A stretch of 59,263 nt of DNA, filler included. It is 7 parts of 7 records of this genome, joined end to end, with 100 filler letters (N's around TTAATTAATTAA, not from the genome) between each part and the next. Parts side by side here need not be neighbours in the genome. Positions count along the whole stretch, not along the records: positions 37,872 to 44,208 come from SRR31156797_30658; positions 44,309 to 52,603 come from SRR31156797_30663; 5 more parts are not named here. One strand, written 5' to 3'. The stretch's first letter is position 1. Each line of letters starts with the position of its first letter. The notes below the pieces were generated by a model. It had not been told where the DNA came from. It saw only the letters and a list, made by a program, of their open reading frames with translations, and did not search any database. This document shows positions 42,263 through 51,333 of the stretch, piece by piece. The position numbers were made by a program, and so were the translations under genes.

Positions 42263-42886
42263 TTAAAACCAGTTGTTCAGATCATCCTGAGTCCGGTAGT
42301 TATCAGTTTGGTTGTAATGTAACGTGTCAGAGAGTTCTCGCATTTTTTTCTTACCTGCTTTCATCGCTGGGTAGCCTATGGCCAACATTTCATAAACACG
42401 CAAGTGGGCCGGAATGTTCAGGAGTTCCCGGGTGGGGCCATCGACAGCTGGGGTTCTATATGCGGAAACCCACATTGTAGCTAACCCAAGGCTGGCAGCT
42501 GCCAACTGCATGGACATAAAGGAGCTGCTCATGGAGGCATTGAGAGTGAATTCCCACCAGGCATCATTATCAACCCGTGCTGTCGGTCCGTATTTGCGAA
42601 CCCGTTCATCAGCGTACATAAGCAGATATATCGGCGCGCTGGCAAAACCCCTTGAGGTTTTTCCTAACCCGGCAAGCAGAAGATCGGTAATTTGATTTCG
42701 CAATTCACTATCATCGACCACGACCATTTCCCACATCTGAGCGTTAAATCCGGAAGGAGCCATCATGCCGATAGTAACAATTTTTTCTATATCTTCTCTT
42801 GATACAGGTTTATTGCTAAATTTTCTGATAGATCGTCTGTTTTTGGTTATTTCCAGAAGTGTTTCGTAGCTCATTGTATTTTCCAT
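42263..42886 (-). CDS. Nitroreductase family protein
   Basis: NRRSIRKF, APSGFNAQMW, LAAASLGLAT and IGYP motifs. Confidence 0.93.
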   Translation of the reverse strand: MENTMSYETLLEITKNRRSIRKFSNKPVSREDIEKIVTIGMMAPSGFNAQMWEMVVVDDSELRNQITDLLLAGLGKTSRGFASAPIYLLMYADERVRKYGPTARVDNDAWWEFTLNASMSSSFMSMQLAAASLGLATMWVSAYRTPAVDGPTRELLNIPAHLRVYEMLAIGYPAMKAGKKKMRELSDTLHYNQTDNYRTQDDLNNWF

Positions 42887-42969
42887 ATCTGTTATTGAGT
42901 TGGCAAACGTTTTGTTCAGTTATGAACAAAGAATAGCCACAAACGATATATAAGAGAAATACTGTTATT

Positions 42970-43947
42970 TGATCACAGCTATACAAATATGCTATAAAAG
43001 GCTCATGGAAATAAAAACACTCAAAAGTTTTATTGCTGTGGCCAGTATGAAGAATTTTTCTGCTGCAGCCCGTGCACTGAATACAGTGCAACCTGCGATT
43101 AGCAGACACGTCACGGATCTGGAAGAGGAACTAGGCGTGAAATTGTTCTGGCGAAACACCCGCGAAGTCAGGATTACTCCTGCAGGACTGAGCCTGCTTC
43201 AGGACGCCAAAAATATTCTGGCAAGTGAAGCTGCAGCGTTGAAACGTGCACAGCTTGCGGATCAGGGGAAAACGGGGCGTTTGCGGATAGGCTACCTGGG
43301 ACCGGCCTGTTTCACTTTTATACCTGGGCTCGTACACACCTATGCTGAACGCTATCCCGAGGTAGAAATCCAGTTAAAAGAAATGACTGTACGCCAGCAA
43401 CTTGAAGCTTTTGAAAGGGAAGAACTCGATGTGGGCTTTTCCCGTACACTGCCAAGTTCTTATCACAAAGGTTTTGCGGTAGAAGATATTTATATAGATA
43501 CCCTGATGGTAGTTCTTCCGGACAGTCATCCACTTGCTGATTCAAAAAATACCCACCCTTTGGGATTGAAACAGTTGGAGGCGGAATCGTTTATTTTCTT
43601 CAGTCGTAATGAGGCGCCGGGCTTATTTGATCAAATTATAGGAACTTTCCAGAAGAAAGGAATAGTGCCGATGATCGGCATACAACCCAAATATATGCAG
43701 GTTGTACTGACGAACGTTGCCGCTGGTCTTGGGGTTTCTGTACTGCCTGCATGTATAGAGAATATGTATACCAAGGGATGCGCTTTTATCCCAATCCACG
43801 GCCAAAAACCATCTATTGTCACACAACTGCATTATAGACCTGACCCGATATTGCCGACCGTGGCATCTTTTGTAGAAATAGTACTGGAAAACAGGCCGAA
43901 TATAAAAAAGAAGATGGAAAGGAGATAAGAGAGTATAGCTGTGATCA
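42970..43947. repeat. Perfect 15-bp inverted repeat pair bracketing the LysR gene
   Basis: TGATCACAGCTATAC at 42970-42984 and GTATAGCTGTGATCA at 43933-43947. Confidence 0.85.
43005..43928 (+). CDS. LysR family transcriptional regulator
   Basis: NFSAAARALNTVQPAISRHVTDLEEELGVKLF HTH; divergent from the nitroreductase; start moved to MEIKT. Confidence 0.96.
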   Translation: MEIKTLKSFIAVASMKNFSAAARALNTVQPAISRHVTDLEEELGVKLFWRNTREVRITPAGLSLLQDAKNILASEAAALKRAQLADQGKTGRLRIGYLGPACFTFIPGLVHTYAERYPEVEIQLKEMTVRQQLEAFEREELDVGFSRTLPSSYHKGFAVEDIYIDTLMVVLPDSHPLADSKNTHPLGLKQLEAESFIFFSRNEAPGLFDQIIGTFQKKGIVPMIGIQPKYMQVVLTNVAAGLGVSVLPACIENMYTKGCAFIPIHGQKPSIVTQLHYRPDPILPTVASFVEIVLENRPNIKKKMERR

Positions 43948-44208
43948 TCGGCTTTTTAACCTGACTCTTGGTCCTGCTAATCAAGCTGTGTAAAAAAATA
44001 ACTGTAGCTTGCCCTCTTGCACGTGTCGTTTTAAAGTTCTTTGTTTAAAAACTACCAGATTTTATTTTTTCGCATCAATGAATTTTGGTGCGGTACATTT
44101 GCTAATCGAAAAGATCGTACTGGCAGCTAGAGCGGCCGCAGGCTTTGCTGATATTCTCCTGGGGTAAGTGTGGTCATTGCCTTGAAATGGCGGTGGAAGT
44201 GGCTCTGG

Positions 44209-44308
44209 NNNNNNNNNNNNNNNNNNNNNNNNNNNNNNNNNNNNNNNNNNNNTTAATTAATTAANNNNNNNNNNNNNNNNNNNNNNNNNNNNNNNNNNNN
44301 NNNNNNNN
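44209..44308. other. Artificial contig spacer
   Basis: N run with a central TTAATTAATTAA. Confidence 0.99.
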
Positions 44309-44309
44309 C

Positions 44310-44390
44310 GGCGGGCACCACAAAACGACGCCAGATTGTAGGTTCGATATCAAGCAGCTTAATTTTCAGTAGATAAAATCGTTCATTCAT
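44310..44390 (-). CDS. N-terminus of a plasmid pRiA4b ORF-3-like protein (cut by the contig edge; absent from the ORF track)
   Basis: Manual translation MNERFYLLKIKLLDIEPTIWRRFVVPA; GAGG Shine-Dalgarno upstream. Confidence 0.75.
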
Positions 44391-44469
44391 TTTTATACCT
44401 CATATGATTCTTTGAGTCTGTCGGTCTTCAGAATATTCTCCACCTCATTGGCTAAGACTTCATCAAAAG

Positions 44470-45567
44470 TCATAGCGTCGATTTTTCGGTTGAGACAGGA
44501 TGAAACAGACCTGCACGGTGACAGCCCTCAAGAAAGGCTTTTTTAAGGAAACGCTTTTCAATATAGGGATCTTTTTTGCAGTGAAGTTCAAGCCTGCTCA
44601 GATAGCAGCCGGGGTCACCACCCAGATGTTTCCACTCATCGAACACTTCGGTCAACCATGCTTTCCCTGCGCCTTTAGAGCTGCATTCAACCCTGTACCG
44701 TTCATCTATGCCGTACAGGTCGTTCCATGTGTCGATTTCCTGGGCCACCGTCTCAGGTCCGTATTCAATGGCAATATGATCTGGGACAAGGTCTTCCCAA
44801 TCCATTGTATTCAAGGTGACAGACAACTCTATAGCATTGTTTTTTCCTGCAAAAGGGAAAAACACTTTTCTCGGCGTTTTCAGCGGATCTTTCGCCAGTT
44901 TATAGCTGCTGTTGCAATGAGGACAGGCAGGCACCAGGTTTAAAAAGTTGATACTGTTAAACGGGTATTTGTCCTTTGGGAAATAGTGGTCGTAGGCGTC
45001 CCGTTTGCTGTGATACCGATTGAGGATTCCTGAAAGACCGCAAAACGGACAGACATCCCTGTCGTTTTTTTGTGTGAATTTGTCATTGTGCTCATCAATG
45101 GCGCCAATACGTTCCTGAACAGATTTTAAGGTTAAAAAACTGTGTGAGTAGAGGTTTTTATAAAATCGCTTCAACGCTTTGATCAGGCCTGGAAACTGCT
45201 CTTCCGGGAAGGTGGTTTCAATACAATCATAGGTGGCTGGCCGGCATTGATCCCCGTGTTCACACAGTTGCCGGATATCGTTGTTCAGGGCAAACCAGTC
45301 TTTAAACTGCTGTTTTTGTCCAGCATCAAGCATTTTGAACGATTCAAACAACACCTGCAAGGGTTCCATAAAATTATCAGCGGATTTATTTTCCTGATAA
45401 TGAAGTTCCCGGATCATCTCTTTGAGTTCCGGCATACCCGAAAACAGGGTCTCTATATCGTAAGGTTTTCCCGGTACCGCTTTGCACCATACCTCTTCAA
45501 AAATATAACCCACATAGTGGTGCATGATCTCCATGGGGTGCGGGGTATAGCGGTAGGGAAACAGCAT
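44470..45567 (-). CDS. HNH endonuclease (PtuB-like), coupled to the upstream ATPase
   Basis: CPFCG..DHYFPKDKYP..NLVPACPHCN zinc-binding HNH motif; start overlaps the ATPase stop (TGATG). Confidence 0.88.
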   Translation of the reverse strand: MLFPYRYTPHPMEIMHHYVGYIFEEVWCKAVPGKPYDIETLFSGMPELKEMIRELHYQENKSADNFMEPLQVLFESFKMLDAGQKQQFKDWFALNNDIRQLCEHGDQCRPATYDCIETTFPEEQFPGLIKALKRFYKNLYSHSFLTLKSVQERIGAIDEHNDKFTQKNDRDVCPFCGLSGILNRYHSKRDAYDHYFPKDKYPFNSINFLNLVPACPHCNSSYKLAKDPLKTPRKVFFPFAGKNNAIELSVTLNTMDWEDLVPDHIAIEYGPETVAQEIDTWNDLYGIDERYRVECSSKGAGKAWLTEVFDEWKHLGGDPGCYLSRLELHCKKDPYIEKRFLKKAFLEGCHRAGLFHPVSTEKSTL

Positions 45568-47381
45568 CAGTCCGTCTCTTTGCCTGAGTCTTCGATCGTC
45601 TTCATCAGCAACATTTTTTCCACCGAATCACCGAGCCTGCGGTCAATCCGCCGGAGTAGATCATCTGTATCCACTCCGCCTTTTTTGAACTCCTCACGGA
45701 AACCGTTTAACAGGTGTTGTGCATAACCGCCGATGGTTTCGCGTTTATCAAAGGTTTCAATGGTGATCCGGTTAATGGAAGCCCCAAGGGTATTGTAGTC
45801 GGGATGGGAGATCGAAATACCTCCTGTCTCTCGGTTTTTATCAAAGACCAGTACCTTATGACGTTCGCTGTCGGATACCAGGAACGGTGCATGGGTCGTT
45901 ATCAGCATTTCCCGGTCTTTGTCCTTGCCTTCATGGAAACAGTCTCTGAGCCGGCTGATGAAGTTGGCCCGCCAGGCCGGGTTGAAGTGAGTTTCCGGTT
46001 CATCCAGAAGAAAGAGGCTGTTGGTATCTTTAAACAGCAGGCACAGCCCCAGGCTGTGCAATAGCTGGTGTTCACCGTCAGACAGATCCTTGAGCATCAC
46101 AGACGAGTTGATCCCGTTTTTTTCAAACCGGACAAACTTGAACCGCATGATGCGTTCATCACTGGCAAGAACCGGAACCGTTTCACTCACATAGTGGCTG
46201 TTGGACTGGTAGAGGTCGGCTTTGAGGCTTTCGCTTACCGAATAGAGGTTGAGGGTAAGCAACACCTGAAATGCATGAAACAGATCAATGGACGAATCGA
46301 AATTCTGTTTGAAGGCTTGTTTTGTATGCGCGTTGACGCAGTAATCCAGATAGAGCGTATCTGTGGATTCATCGGTAAAATAGCAGGTGGCACAGCGTTT
46401 CAGACGTGTGACCGGCGGATCAAAGCCTTTTGCAGAATCCTGATCCGCCTCCAGCAGATCCACCAGATTTAAGGTATAGGTGCCTGCGTCGCTGTCGATG
46501 AACACTGCCGGGTGATCATTGCCAAACCCCTCAGCCTGTTCGGCACTGATGTGAATGGACCGCTTGATGATAATGCGGAACTCCTGGAGATCCCCAAGCC
46601 CCATATCCGTCTGAAACGGTTTCAGGGTATCTCCATCATGGTACAGCAGGTTGCACAGCAAAATCGCCTGACTGAACGATGCATCCATATACGCCATGCG
46701 GGTTTCCGGCTTGCCGGGATAGGGGAGCTGCCCGGCCAGGCTGTGCCGGTATTCATCAAACTGAATAAAGCGCATTTTAAAAAAGGGCAGGCTCAGGATT
46801 TCATTTTCACCCGAGGAATAGCCCAGCACATACTCCGGGAGCAGATCATTTCTCTCATTGGCCCCAACCAGGCCTTTGTTTAATTCCAGACGTCCCAGGG
46901 TATCATCATCAAGGTTAAATTCACTGAAATTGGACCAGACGATTTTCGGGGATTGATCCGGCAGTTTTTGGATTTCAACCTCTGCAAACAGCGGGCTGTT
47001 CGCGTGGCGGGAATACTTTGGTACCGGGATCAGGTAATCCAGCTCAAACCCGTTGGGAAAACCATCCCCCTCCCTGAACCCTTCCGGGTTCTCTTCCTCA
47101 TCATAGATAAAGGCAGAAGGCAGGAAACTGCGGCGGACACGCAGCACTTCCAGTTGAAAAAAAATCGCAGCCAGTGCTTCCAGCAGGTTTGATTTTCCGC
47201 TGCCGTTGGGACCTGCGCAGACAAAGGGGGCAAACCCTTGACCGGGCTTGAAACCGTCCGAAAATTGAGTTTCGCCAAGCTCATCCTGCAGGGTCCACTC
47301 ACTTCGAAAGCGATACTCAAACCCCGGCTGCAAACTTCGAAAACCCCTGGGATCCGTAATTTTTAAACGTATCAGTTTCAT
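45567..47381 (-). CDS. Restriction-system-associated ABC/AAA_21-type ATPase (PtuA-like)
   Basis: Walker A GPNGSGKS, signature LSDGEHQ, Walker B LLDEPETHFNP, H-loop ITTHAP; no TM segments. Confidence 0.9.
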   Translation of the reverse strand: MKLIRLKITDPRGFRSLQPGFEYRFRSEWTLQDELGETQFSDGFKPGQGFAPFVCAGPNGSGKSNLLEALAAIFFQLEVLRVRRSFLPSAFIYDEEENPEGFREGDGFPNGFELDYLIPVPKYSRHANSPLFAEVEIQKLPDQSPKIVWSNFSEFNLDDDTLGRLELNKGLVGANERNDLLPEYVLGYSSGENEILSLPFFKMRFIQFDEYRHSLAGQLPYPGKPETRMAYMDASFSQAILLCNLLYHDGDTLKPFQTDMGLGDLQEFRIIIKRSIHISAEQAEGFGNDHPAVFIDSDAGTYTLNLVDLLEADQDSAKGFDPPVTRLKRCATCYFTDESTDTLYLDYCVNAHTKQAFKQNFDSSIDLFHAFQVLLTLNLYSVSESLKADLYQSNSHYVSETVPVLASDERIMRFKFVRFEKNGINSSVMLKDLSDGEHQLLHSLGLCLLFKDTNSLFLLDEPETHFNPAWRANFISRLRDCFHEGKDKDREMLITTHAPFLVSDSERHKVLVFDKNRETGGISISHPDYNTLGASINRITIETFDKRETIGGYAQHLLNGFREEFKKGGVDTDDLLRRIDRRLGDSVEKMLLMKTIEDSGKETD

Positions 47382-47392
47382 CCGTACCCGGC

Positions 47393-49051
47393 CTATGCGT
47401 TTTTCAGTATAATGGTATTGCCCAGCTCTTGCTTATCACCCATGTCTATGGAATTTCGGTTCTGCTCAATTCTGCCGCTGCGGATCTGATCAAAGACCCA
47501 CGCTTTGAGATGGTCATAGTCGTTGATGCCAAGCACCGGTTCTGCTCCTTCCTCGCCTTGTTCACTCAGCATCGCCTCACGGTCCAGTTCATCCAGTTTT
47601 TGCTGTGCTTCTTTCATGAATGAATCGACTGAAAAGGCGGCATCCCTACCTGACCACTGAAGGTATTCTTCCAGCCATTTCCGCAGGATCGGCTTGCGAC
47701 CTTCGGCGCTGGATAAGGCCATTCTCTGTTTCTGATCCGGTGCGGAGAACTCGAATCGCTTTTTATGTTTCGGTAAAACACTTTCAGGCTCTGTTTTGAC
47801 AGGTTCTTTATCGGCCTCGTCCGGTTCAACTGGCATCGGTACCCGCGATAGATCCAGTTCGCCTTTGAAGGCTTTTTGGCTGAGGGTTCCGTAGAGATTT
47901 TCCAGATCGGTAAGACTCTGTTGGTATTGGGTTTTGATGCCTTCGACTTTTCCGACGATGGTTGCGAATTTATTCTGGAATTCTATTGGGGGAATAATTG
48001 CCGGAAAATTCTTAAGCTGTGTTGAATTTATTGAGGCTATTCCGGTTGTTTGCTTTGCAGATTTTAAAAAATATCTTTTTCCATACTGTGAAGCAACTAA
48101 TGCGCTGAGATAATATGGATTTATTATCTTTCTATTTTTTATCCGTACACGAAATATATGGTTTTGGTGTATGCATTTTTTTACTTGATTTTCCCAAACT
48201 GATCCGCGTCCAAGCTTATCTGGGTCTCCCCCCTCTGTAAGCAATAAATCACCTTTTTCCAATTGATATCGATTAATATCTTGTTTGCTTACGGCAATAG
48301 TTTTAATTTCATCTAAATCAAAGTACCCATCCTGCACATTTGCAACTCGCATATAAGGAACCTCAATTAATTCTTTGTCTTTGTATTTTTTGCCTTTAGT
48401 AACCCCTGATATTATATCTGTTTGTATTGATAATTTCTCACTTACCCATTTGTTATAAGTACCATCAATAAATCCAAACATCTCCAAAAACACACTTTTA
48501 AGCAGTTCATCCAGTTGTTGCAGGTGGTGTTTGCGCCGGGCGATCAGGGCTCCTACTTTGCTCAGCAAATGGGCGATGCGGATTTGGTCGTTGAGGGGTG
48601 GGAGGGGGATTATCACCCTTTTTACCAAACTACTGTTAAGATTGTTAACTACACCGCCAACGGCGAATTTCTTAAACTGGGCATAGATGTTTGGCGAACC
48701 AAGCATGTAGCAAAGAAATGTTTTGTCAAAATTATTCTTTAGGTCGCGAATCAATAACCATCCGTCATGAATGCAACCTTCAATTTTAAGAATGTAAGGA
48801 CGTCCAAAACTCATCGAATTTGACAATATCAAATCTCCAGCATATACCTGCCGTGATTTATTTCTCCCCTCGGGCTTAATTTTCTCTTTGGTTTTGGTTA
48901 TATAGATTGAATCGTTATTTGCGTCTCCAATTTTAATCCAGTTTATTCCAGATTTCTCTTCCGTTATATAATTCTTAATTGGTCGAGGAGAACCTCCACG
49001 GGCAATTTCACAAACATCACCAAGTTTTACAGTTTTCCATCCTTGTTTCAC
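47393..49051 (-). CDS. hsdS: Type I R-M specificity subunit with a C-terminal extension of about 150 aa
   Basis: Two TRDs each followed by conserved helices (PLPPLNDQIRIA, PPIEFQNKF..AFKGEL); overlaps the hsdM stop. Confidence 0.95.
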   Translation of the reverse strand: MKQGWKTVKLGDVCEIARGGSPRPIKNYITEEKSGINWIKIGDANNDSIYITKTKEKIKPEGRNKSRQVYAGDLILSNSMSFGRPYILKIEGCIHDGWLLIRDLKNNFDKTFLCYMLGSPNIYAQFKKFAVGGVVNNLNSSLVKRVIIPLPPLNDQIRIAHLLSKVGALIARRKHHLQQLDELLKSVFLEMFGFIDGTYNKWVSEKLSIQTDIISGVTKGKKYKDKELIEVPYMRVANVQDGYFDLDEIKTIAVSKQDINRYQLEKGDLLLTEGGDPDKLGRGSVWENQVKKCIHQNHIFRVRIKNRKIINPYYLSALVASQYGKRYFLKSAKQTTGIASINSTQLKNFPAIIPPIEFQNKFATIVGKVEGIKTQYQQSLTDLENLYGTLSQKAFKGELDLSRVPMPVEPDEADKEPVKTEPESVLPKHKKRFEFSAPDQKQRMALSSAEGRKPILRKWLEEYLQWSGRDAAFSVDSFMKEAQQKLDELDREAMLSEQGEEGAEPVLGINDYDHLKAWVFDQIRSGRIEQNRNSIDMGDKQELGNTIILKNA

Positions 49052-50736
49052 CCTATCATCCCCCGCAACGCCAGCAACTCCTTAACAATCCCACCGTCAA
49101 CCTTCGTCAGTACATCTACATCCGCAGCCCCCACTTCTGCTTTGATCAGGCGATCCAGAATCACGGACGGCGCATCGTATTCAATCTCTTCAAACACCTC
49201 CTCTTTGTATCGGCTGAAGCTTAAGTCATAGCCTTCCTTTTGGATCTCTTCACGGGGTACGGCAAACCAGTTCTGTGTTCTGTCCCATTTGGCGGTGTTG
49301 TCACGGGCATGGAATTTTTCCACAATATCTTGAAGATCCCCGAAGCCCTCTTTTTTGGTGCGCTTGTCATCCAGGGAATAGCCGTCGTCGGTCATGTTGT
49401 AAAACCAGACCTGTTTTGTGGCGGGTTTGGTGACCTTGTCTTTTGGCCCCCAGACTTTGGTAAAAACAAGAATGGCCGTGGCAACACCGGCATAGGGTTT
49501 AAACACCCCGCTGGGCATGGCGATCACGGCTTTGAGGTCGCAGCGGTCGAGTAGGATCTGCCGGACCGTTTTAAAGGCCTTGCCGCTGCCGAAGAGCACG
49601 CCCTGGGGGATGATCACACCGGCGGTGCCGCCTTTTTTCAGGAGGTGATAGATATTTTCCAGAAACAAGAGTTCCGATTTGGTGGTGCCTGCCTGGAACC
49701 GCTCGTTGATGTCCCCCTTGTCCACACTGCCGGTAAAGGGCGGGTTGGCCATCACAATGTCGTAACAGGCTTCCTCATCAAAACTTTTGCTGAGGGTGTC
49801 CTTATAGTCGAGTTGGGGTTCATCAATGCCGTGCATCATCAGGTTCATCAGACCCAGGCGGACCATGGTGCCGTCAATATCAAAACCGAACAGGGAGGTG
49901 TCGAGAACGGCCTGGGCTTCTGCGCTCAGGGCGGCGGCAACTGAGGTTCGGACAAAACCGTCGTCGTCCGGTTGTAGCTCTTGTAACCTATCTTTTGACT
50001 CCATGTGGGTCACCACATATTGATAGGCACCCAGCAAAAAACCGGCAGTTCCGCAGGCCGGATCGCAGATTCTGTGTCCAAGCTTTGGCTGTACCAGTTC
50101 AGCCATGAGCTTGATGATATGGCGGGGTGTTCGGAACTGGCCGTTTTTACCGGCACTGGCGATTTCCGACAGCAGATGTTCGTATACATCCCCTTGGATG
50201 TCCTGAAACTTATCCTCATCTTTCTCCATGATGGTGTAAATCTCATCAATGGTTTTGACCGCTTCCACCAGAAGCGAGGGTTTGGGGATAATAAAGACGG
50301 CATTTTTCATATGGTGGGTGAATTTGGATTCGGTGCCGTTCATGTCCTTTAAAAACGGAAACACCTTGCCCTGCACATGGGAGAGCATATCCTCCGCCTG
50401 CATGTGCTTGAATTCCTTCCAGCGAAGGGTATTTCGGTCTATTGCGTATTTATCTGACACTTCAATTTTTTTCTTTTGTTCGGCCTCGGAATCGGTATCG
50501 AGTATTTTCGGGCGATATTCAGGAGGTATCCATGTGCCCTCAAACTTGGATGTGTAGGGTTCGTCTGTCCATTCGGCATCAGACTGCTTTTTGAGATCCT
50601 GCTCATCCAGCCGTTTCATGAACAGCAGATAGGTGATCTGTTCAATGGCTGTGAGGGGGTTTGATATGCCGCCTGCCCAGAATTTGTTCCAGAGCTGGCC
50701 GATCTTGCTTTTCAGTTCTGCATTGTGTTGCAGCAT
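49048..50736 (-). CDS. hsdM: Type I R-M N6-adenine methyltransferase
   Basis: GQFRTP, motif I DPACGTAGFL, motif IV NPPF, VFKPYAGV; start moved to MLQHN. Confidence 0.97.
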   Translation of the reverse strand: MLQHNAELKSKIGQLWNKFWAGGISNPLTAIEQITYLLFMKRLDEQDLKKQSDAEWTDEPYTSKFEGTWIPPEYRPKILDTDSEAEQKKKIEVSDKYAIDRNTLRWKEFKHMQAEDMLSHVQGKVFPFLKDMNGTESKFTHHMKNAVFIIPKPSLLVEAVKTIDEIYTIMEKDEDKFQDIQGDVYEHLLSEIASAGKNGQFRTPRHIIKLMAELVQPKLGHRICDPACGTAGFLLGAYQYVVTHMESKDRLQELQPDDDGFVRTSVAAALSAEAQAVLDTSLFGFDIDGTMVRLGLMNLMMHGIDEPQLDYKDTLSKSFDEEACYDIVMANPPFTGSVDKGDINERFQAGTTKSELLFLENIYHLLKKGGTAGVIIPQGVLFGSGKAFKTVRQILLDRCDLKAVIAMPSGVFKPYAGVATAILVFTKVWGPKDKVTKPATKQVWFYNMTDDGYSLDDKRTKKEGFGDLQDIVEKFHARDNTAKWDRTQNWFAVPREEIQKEGYDLSFSRYKEEVFEEIEYDAPSVILDRLIKAEVGAADVDVLTKVDGGIVKELLALRGMIG

Positions 50737-50743
50737 TGCTTTG

Positions 50744-50835
50744 TCCTTTTTCAACCACGGAAAACACGGAATTCACGGAAGGGTTAAAAAGTTATAAATT
50801 AACATTCCGTGCCATCCGTGTTTTCCGTGGTTTAT
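50744..50835. repeat. Palindromic repeat unit 1 (28-bp arms built from CACGGA subunits)
   Basis: AACCACGGAAAACACGGAATTCACGGAA (50753-50780) pairs with TTCCGTGCCATCCGTGTTTTCCGTGGTT (50805-50832), 25 of 28. Confidence 0.92.
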
Positions 50836-51215
50836 AAAATTAGCCTGTCAATCTGTACTTTCGGGTGGCTGCCGAAGTTGATCAGCAGGCCCAGCCTCAG
50901 ACCGGTCGCCTTCAAATAATTCAATACCTGTGCTTTATGCTCCGGGGCAACGGCTTTCACCGCTTTCAGTTCGACAATAATCGTTTCATAACAAATCAGG
51001 TCCGGCTTATATGTCTGCCGTAGCTGTTTGCCCTTATAATTCAATGTCAATTCCGGTTGAGATACAAAGGGAATGCCCTTTGAGGAAAGCTCGTTTTCAA
51101 GGCACTCCTGGTACACGGGTTCTAAAAAGCCTGAACCCATCTCTCTGTATACCTCGAAGACAGCACCTCTTATGGCAAAGCTCTCTTGCTCAAACAGCAA
51201 TTGACCCATTTCCAT
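50832..51215 (-). CDS. GxxExxY family protein (PD-(D/E)xK nuclease fold)
   Basis: GFLEPVY motif, PDL..IIVELKAV catalytic motif, QVLNYLK and GLLINFG. Confidence 0.95.
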   Translation of the reverse strand: MEMGQLLFEQESFAIRGAVFEVYREMGSGFLEPVYQECLENELSSKGIPFVSQPELTLNYKGKQLRQTYKPDLICYETIIVELKAVKAVAPEHKAQVLNYLKATGLRLGLLINFGSHPKVQIDRLIL

Positions 51216-51219
51216 TTTT

Positions 51220-51297
51220 TCCTTTTTTCAACCACGGAAGACACGGAAGATGTTTCAATAAAATAATTCCGTGTTTTCCGTGTCTTCCGTGGTTTAT
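51220..51297. repeat. Palindromic repeat unit 2 (perfect 19-bp arms)
   Basis: AACCACGGAAGACACGGAA (51230-51248) pairs with TTCCGTGTCTTCCGTGGTT (51276-51294), plus an extra TTCCGTG subunit. Confidence 0.92.
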
Positions 51298-51333
51298 TAT
51301 TTTAACGGCACCGGCCTCCAGTCCGTTGTTCAA

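Noticed and set aside
44470-47381. ATPase-HNH pair as part of a retron
   Set aside because: No reverse transcriptase or msr-msd region on the contig; hsdS lies directly upstream.
50744-51297. GxxExxY-flanking repeats as CRISPR repeats, IS ends or plain terminators
   Set aside because: Only two units; each is self-palindromic and in direct orientation; there is no transposase, and the coding strand has an A-rich RBS rather than a U tail after the stem.
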